Origin: Octopus vulgaris | Taxonomy: Eukaryota | Assembly: GCA_951406725.2 (NCBI GenBank) | Contig: OX597819.1 | Location: forward strand, 39,680,001 to 39,744,000 | DNA length: 64,000 nucleotides | Direction: 5' to 3' | Shown here: one piece after another, positions 57,054-64,000 of the stretch | How positions within the stretch are numbered: the first letter of the stretch is position 1 | Layout of the letters: each line of letters opens with the position of its first letter | Notes under the pieces: generated by a model | Seen by the model: the letters and a program-made list of their open reading frames with translations, nothing else | Told to the model about the DNA's origin: nothing | The model's database searches: none | Made by a program: the position numbers and the translations under genes

Positions 57054-58200
57054 GTATTTATATAAACATAAAATCAATTTTCTTTTTGGTTACTCCATGT
57101 TACATTTCATTATATCCTTCATTTTCCCCGTCTTTTTCTTCAGTTCATTCTATTCTCAAATCTTTCTGTTTTTGCTACATGTTTTTCATCTTCCAAGGAT
57201 TTCAAGAGGCTACTTTTTTTTATGTATGTGTATGAATGTGATCATATATATTAATATGTGCGTGTGTGTGTATGCGTGTGAGAGTATTTATATGTACTTA
57301 TGTATGTATATATGTGTGTGTGTGTGTGCATATTTGTGAGTATATATTGTGTGTATATATATGTAATCATATATATTAATATGTGTGTGTGTGTGTATAT
57401 TTGTGAGTATATATTGTGTGTATGTATATGTATACATATATATGTATATATGTGTGTGTATATTTGTGAGTATATATTGTGTGTATATATATGTATACAT
57501 ATATATATGTATATATGTGTGTTTGTGTGTATGTGTTTTATTATTACTATTATCCCATAAACATGATCAGATTCAAAGGCTACGATAGTATTTACACGGA
57601 GAGCGTAATGGAAAGAAGCAAAATAAATAAATCAACAAACAAATAAACAACTAATTTGTTTGTTTATTTCATTATTTATTTATTTCATCTCACTCCATTT
57701 CGTTCTCCGTGTAAATACTATCGTAGCTTACAGTTTACTTTCCTCCGATATGTACATTGGGGGTTTTTTCACCTATTTTTTTTTTTTTTTGCATGCATTT
57801 ATTTACCAGAGTCATTTGAATAAAAAAAAAAAGAGCAAAAAATAGCAAAAGAAATAAAAACAATGTCAGAAACAAAATATAAGCGAAAACAAGTTCGCAT
57901 TTTCTCATTGGTTGTGGCTGTGAATAGTGTGTGTGTGTGTTTGTTTATATATTTCACATCTGTATTGTAGAAACTGTTCTTTTGTTAAATTTTTTGTTGT
58001 TTTTTTTTTTTGTTTGCAATCTGCATCATCCCTAACTTGTAGTCACTTTTCTACTAAGTCTTTATTCATTTCTTTTATTTATTTTCCAATTTTTATATTG
58101 CGTTTTTCTTTTTCTACTTGCACGCAAGTCTACCTTTTTTTTCCTTCCAACTTTCTTCAATACTCATGCTTGCATTTCGTCTCTCTCATCCTCTTCAATG

Positions 58201-58269
<69 letters not shown>

Positions 58270-58822
58270 GTCTGTCTAGCGAACGTTTTAAAAAAAGATG
58301 GGTGAATGTAGCAAGGATGGCACGTATGAATGACGAAGCCACCTTGAGCATAGTCCTATGAACCCAGAAATTGAAAACAGAGGGTTACCCACATGCAAAC
58401 AAATGTGGTAACATATAACAATATTGACCAAGGTTACCGTGGTCTTTTTCGTAGGCTTTTCTTCCCACGGATAAACCTTACTTGTTTTCCCCTTTACACC
58501 ATACATCATGACACTGTGATACACGATCCCTATTGATCGTTTTTTTTCCTCTTCCCCTTTTTTCCTCTTTTTTCTTCTTTTTTCATTTTTCTTTTCTTTT
58601 GTTCCTTTTCCCTTTTTTCTTTTTCTTTCTTTTCCTTTTTTTTCTTTTTTTTTCTTTTTTTTTTGTTCTTTTCTTCCCTTTTACGATCCCTCTTGATCGA
58701 AAACCTACGCCACCCCCTTTTTTTGTTTCTTTTGTTTTTTGTTTTTTTCATCCCCCAAAAGAAAAGCTCTACCTTGTAACTTGTCCCATCTGTGTGCAAC
58801 CCTGTGTGGCCAATAAAGAAAC

Positions 58823-58824
<2 letters not shown>
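58270..58824 (+). mobile_element. 5'-truncated LINE 3' end (Tx1/L1-like) inserted in (TATC)n
   Basis: ORF tail ERFKKRWVNVARMARMNDEATLSIVL*, pyrimidine-rich 3'UTR, AATAAA then (ATCT)n on both sides. Clade assignment is inferred. Confidence 0.65.
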
Positions 58825-58872
<48 letters not shown>

Positions 58873-59193
58873 GTCTGTCTGTCTGTCTATCTATCTGCCT
58901 AGGAAACTAGCTAGCTCTTTGTACTAAACATTTTTATATGCCCAAACTGACGCTTTCTTATCATTTTTGCTTATGAAAGCGTAAACGCATAAACATGCAC
59001 AGAAACACTGTCTCACATAAATAACAACACACTTCTCTGTCACACACACATAGACACAACGAGCAAAACACACACGGAGAGTTGCACGCGCGTGCGCGCG
59101 TGTGTGTGTTACACATGTATGAATTAATACAAATTAGATAATTATAGCAGATTATAATTCGGTAGGAATGGGGTATAGAAAGGCAAGCAAAAG

Positions 59194-59277
<84 letters not shown>

Positions 59278-59317
59278 CATACATATGTTTGTACGATTGA
59301 ACAAAAGTATGACTTAC

Positions 59318-59500
59318 TTTGACGTCACCAAAGCCTGATTGCCGTTTAACACTTCTTGACATATTCATACGACAGAAGAAAGCTAATGGCTGTCCCGGAA
59401 TTACATCCGTTCCCCCTCTTAAAAGCTGTGCCTGGACTGTAATGTGATCCCTTTTGTCAATAATATCGAAAAGACTGTCCCCTTGAGTCTTCATATCCAC
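59318..59500 (-). CDS. NPAS4: NPAS4-like, PAS-A exon (VDMKTQGDSLFDIIDKRDH...FFCRMNMSRSVKRQSGFGDVK)
   Basis: GDS..DIID..DH and F.CR.N.S.S..RQS motifs typical of NPAS4/Dys; tttcag| and |gtaagt; 183 nt. Confidence 0.93.
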
Positions 59501-59963
59501 CTGAAAAATATATAAATATTAACAGCTTGAAATCATTACAGTGGTAAGAGTGAACAAATTCTCTTTTCAGATTTTGTGACACGAATATTTCGGTAAACAT
59601 TTAAAAGAGTGTTTTTTGAGCGTTTCATTAATGAACGCAACACATCTACATTAGAATGAGATTTGACATTCTGATCCAACAACTAAGAAACCGGGATTTT
59701 AAATATTGTAAACATACACTCTACAAGTGAGGTTAATAATCCGAAAAATTATGTTATTCACCAGTTTATAAAATGAATATATGATAGGAATAGATTTGAC
59801 AATAGATAAAAATTAAACATGGAACTGGACACTTTACTTTTTTTTATACTTAAAGAATTTATTTATTCATTCATTCATTTATTGTCGTTTTATTTCAGAA
59901 TATAAATTTTGCCGCAGGGGATTTTTATTAAATGAAATAGCAAAGTAATTTGTGTGTACCTAC

Positions 59964-60053
59964 CATAGAATGGCCCAAATATTCCGTTACATTTTCTGAA
60001 ATGTAGACTAGCTTCCCATCTCTTGTAGTAATAAGTAGGAAACCAGCCAACGC
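59964..60053 (-). CDS. NPAS4: NPAS4-like, PAS-A exon ([30 protein letters not shown])
   Basis: Classic PAS-A start (AL.GF......G...YISE.V..YLG.S); ttgcag| and |gtaggt junctions; 90 nt. Confidence 0.93.
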
Positions 60054-60695
60054 CTGCAATAGAAAGCAATTGTGAAGAGTAATTAAGTACCGCAGTCTCT
60101 TTAATCAACCAAACCTTTCCCAAACTTCAGGCCTTGTACCGTTTTTAAATGAGCTGAGCTATCAGTATTGTTAGATTTCGAAAGGAACACATAGCAGATT
60201 TTCTTCTGGTTCTTTACATTCCGAATTCAAAAGCTCTGGGGTCGAAATAGATACCAGGCTAATACAGAGGTCTATGTAATCAACTAAACCCCTTTACTCA
60301 AGACTGCCAGCCTTGAGCTTAAATCAAGAGCTAAGAATCGTTAAAGCGTCAGAAAAATTATTTTGCAGTATTTGTTCCGGCTTTTTACAATCTGAGTTCA
60401 AATTCTGCCGAAATCAACTTAGCTTTTCATTCTTTAGGGGTCAATAAAATAAAATATCAGTAAAGTACTGGAATCGATGATATCGACTAGCTCCTCCCCT
60501 TACAAATGCTGGCCTTGTGCTTAAATCAGAAGCAATTATTATTTTAAGTCCTATTTTTATTGTGCGTTTCACTGAACCAATGCATGCAAACCTGTGCGTT
60601 TTGAGCATGTACAGTGTCTTGCTTTAGATTTAAAATATAAAAGCATTTATCATCAAAATTTTCTACTGGAATTATTGTCAGAAAGATCAGCTTAC

Positions 60696-60745
60696 CTGGA
60701 AAAAGTCAAAAGGTGTTTCCGAAGCAGTACTACTGGTCCCGAACC
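60696..60745 (-). CDS. NPAS4: NPAS4-like, small linker exon (WFGTSSTASETPFDFFQ)
   Basis: tttgcag|GG...CAG|gtaag; 50 nt; phase 1 to phase 0, exactly bridging the flanking exons; absent from the ORF track. Confidence 0.82.
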
Positions 60746-61706
60746 CTGCAAAGAAGGAAGTTGGAATTTGTAAACAAAGATGACATTAATTGAAGACAGT
60801 TGTTTGAACGATTCCTAACTTGGCTTATTCAGCCAAAAATAGTTTCATATTTTGGTTATTTATTACGAAGATATATATATATATATATAAGATGGATTCT
60901 TTTGAGAACGGCAAATGAGGGTTTAGCAAAATAAAGCGTTAATTGTGTCCCATGGACACGAATGTGTCTCTTGCAAAACTTTTGGCAAATGGAAAAAGTT
61001 GAAGACTCAGTTTGCTTGAGTGCTTGTGGATCATTCGCTATGTGCTTTGTTGAGTGGACGGCAAGGCCTGCTTTGCTTCGTGCCACAAAACCCACAATGG
61101 CAGGTAAGGTTTCTATTTAGAGGGGCCTTTATGCTTGCACGATGTTGGTCCCAATGTTAGAGTCATTAGATTAAGATAAATTGCTGCAGAGCAGATCGAG
61201 GAATTTTTCATGCACAGATTAAGGACTTCGGTGCTGAACTCCTTTCAAATTTTATTTTCCTCAAAGCGCTTTTTGAATTCATTATCCAGTTTTGGGTTTA
61301 TGATAAGGAATGTGACACAAACTTTATATCAAATTTCAAAAAGCAATCAAGGAACCCTCTACATAGTGAATTGACATGACTGAAGTAGCAGCTAAATTTC
61401 CTAACCAATAGTATTTCAAAAACAAGGTGGGAGTCGTTGGACAAGGGTCCAAGGTATACAAAAAGGAGTTCCAACCGGGACGGTCCCGGCTGGAACGCCT
61501 GTGGTCGTAGATTTGTTCAGTTAGCGTTAATCTGAAGCTAGTCTACACAAACAACAGTGTAGAAAATAACACGGCTGACATTGCACAAGAACAACAAAAT
61601 CCTAATCTTACATCAAAACAAAACTGATGTAGCGTGCGAACACATTTCTACTTTCCTAAAAGACAATGTTGCAGCTGCAATAGAAAAGAACATAAACTAT
61701 TCAAAA

Positions 61707-61707
<1 letters not shown>

Positions 61708-61786
<79 letters not shown>

Positions 61787-61801
61787 AGAAGAAGAAGAAG
61801 A

Positions 61802-61835
<34 letters not shown>

Positions 61836-61921
61836 CGACGACGACGACGACGACGACGAAGAAGAAGAAGAATGATGATGATGATGATGTTAATGATGAT
61901 GACGACGATAATGATGACAAC

Positions 61922-61967
<46 letters not shown>

Positions 61968-62110
61968 GTGATGATGACGATGATGATGACGATGATGACG
62001 ACGATGATGATGATGAAGATGATTGTGGTGGTGTTGGAGGTGATGATAATAGCGGTGGTGATGGTGGTGGTGGTTTTGGTGCATGTGGTGGTGGTGGTGG
62101 TGGCGGTGGA
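61708..62110. repeat. (GAT/GAC/GAA/GGT)n compound trinucleotide tract, intronic
   Basis: Direct reading; not needed for exon phase continuity. Confidence 0.9.
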
Positions 62111-62255
62111 AGACATTTTAAACAATCCATGTTAGGGTCACAATCAAAGATTGAGAATGCATGTTGGTAGAGTAACACAACAAAGAATTTTCCTTTCTTC
62201 AGCCTTAAACGGATCTAAAAGCAGCAGGAAATTAATATTAGGATAGTTTACTTAC

Positions 62256-62422
62256 ATCTGCTCATGATGTTACACTTTCGAATGTAAACACATGAAAGAG
62301 ACATTATCTGGAGCTGAGAGAGTCGCTGACGCGCTGTCTCGGCCAGAGGAAGCAAATCTCGCATCATGTTAATCTGTGCATTGATCTGGTCCCGTCTCTG
62401 TTTCGATGCCCCCTTGGTCGAC
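62256..62422 (-). CDS. NPAS4: NPAS4/dysfusion-like bHLH-PAS transcription factor, bHLH exon (first coding exon visible in window)
   Basis: Translates (R)[55 protein letters not shown], closely matching the NPAS4/Dysfusion bHLH (STKGASK.RRD.INA.I). Acceptor ttacag|G, donor T|gtaagt; 167 nt, phase 2 to phase 1. Confidence 0.93.
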
Positions 62423-62962
62423 CTGTAATGGAAATTAAATAAGGAATATAATTGAGGAAGCAAACAACAGATAAAGATATGAATAAATTAATAAATAAAT
62501 AAATACATTTTGTTGTGTCTTGGGAGTGTCATTACGCCAATGATAATAATAACACACGCACCGGTTCAATTCCACTTCTTTTTTGTAAGTCAACCTGTGT
62601 GTGTGTTATTTATTATTGGTGTAATGACCCTCCCAAGACACGACAAAATTTGTTTTGACGCATGAATTCACATCAAGCATCTTGCAAACCATATACAAAA
62701 ACGAAATAAATATTTGCATATAGCAATCTGCACATTATCTCTTGGTGTCCAACAGTTTTCTGTTGTATATGTAGTGTATTTCATGTTAGTAACGTGAGTG
62801 GAGTGAGTTGGCTGTGACTATAGAGTCGTTAACAGAGAAACTCACGCAAAACTTACCACTTACTCAATGACAGGTTTACTACAGCATATGACTTAAGTAG
62901 AATCTTCCTGAAGTGTTAGTTGCTTTCATGTGAGTGAGTGACACAAAATATGAAAGAGATAG

Positions 62963-63021
<59 letters not shown>

Positions 63022-63222
63022 TCTTTTAATTGTTTCAGTCATTTAAGTGTGGCCATGCTGGAGCACCGCCTTTACTCGAGTAAATCGACCCTAGGACTTA
63101 TTCTTCGTAAGCCTAGTACTTATTTTATCGGTCAAGTTTGCCGAACCGCTAAGTTACGGGGACGTAAACACACAAGCATCGAATGTCAAGCGATGTTGGG
63201 GGACAAACACAGACACACAAAC

Positions 63223-63288
<66 letters not shown>

Positions 63289-63437
63289 GACGTCTTCTTT
63301 CAGTTTCCGTCTACCAAATCCACTCACAAGGCTTTGGTCGATCCGAGGCTATAGTAGAAGACACTTGCCCAAGGTGCCACGCAGTGGGACCGAACCCGGA
63401 ACCATGTGGTTCGTAAGCAAGTTACTTACCACACAGC

Positions 63438-63613
63438 AGAGAGAGAGACAGAGAGAGAGACAGAGAGAGAGAGAGAGACAGAGAGAGAGAGAGAGACAGA
63501 GAGAGAGAGAGAGACAGAGAGAGAGAGAGGGAGGGAGAGAGAAAGAAAGAGAGAGTGAGAGACAGAGACAGAGAGAGAGAGAGAGGGAAAGAGAGAGACT
63601 GACAGACAAATGA

Positions 63614-63708
<95 letters not shown>

Positions 63709-63860
63709 GTCAGACAGACAGTCAGACAGACAGTCAGACAGACAGTCAGACAGACAGTCAGACAGACAGTCAGACAGACAGTCAGACAGACAGTCAGACA
63801 GACAGTCAGACAGACAGTCAGACAGACAGGTAGATAGATAGGTAGGCAGGCAGGCACAGA
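63438..63860. repeat. Compound (GA)n/(GATA)n/(GACA)n with 12-bp CAGTCAGACAGA higher-order repeat
   Basis: Direct reading of the sequence. Confidence 0.93.
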
Positions 63861-64000
63861 CAATCGGGAACATTACTAGAGTGTTAAAAACCCTGCTTAC
63901 ATCAGACATTTCGTTCAACAGAATTAAGATATTGAGAAATAATGAGTGCATTAATTTGTATCTTTCTTCAGCAATATGATAGCTTTAATCAATCTCTCCA

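Overview
Eukaryotic, AT-rich, microsatellite-saturated genomic DNA. The tRNA-derived SINE families and repeat landscape suggest an octopus (coleoid cephalopod) genome, but this is an inference. The one host gene is a minus-strand, multi-exon bHLH-PAS transcription factor of the NPAS4/dysfusion class. Its 8 coding exons were traced by hand from 62422 to about 45859 with phase-compatible GT-AG junctions, and include a 3.9 kb low-complexity exon. The first coding exon is not located and the last exon is ambiguous. The rest is mobile-element debris: mariner and Tc1 relics, RTE LINE fragments, a TIR MITE, many SINEs, and retroelements sitting inside specific microsatellites. The most notable signal is RNA-level. 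At least three sequence-distinct repeat families inserted in (TA)n carry type I hammerhead ribozyme folds with palindromic helix III. One is a 499-bp tandem repeat with retrozyme-like architecture next to a 5'-truncated Penelope-like element with an intact GIY-YIG endonuclease ORF. Almost all short ORFs in the supplied track are microsatellite artefacts. All folds and splice sites were read by eye and none were computed.
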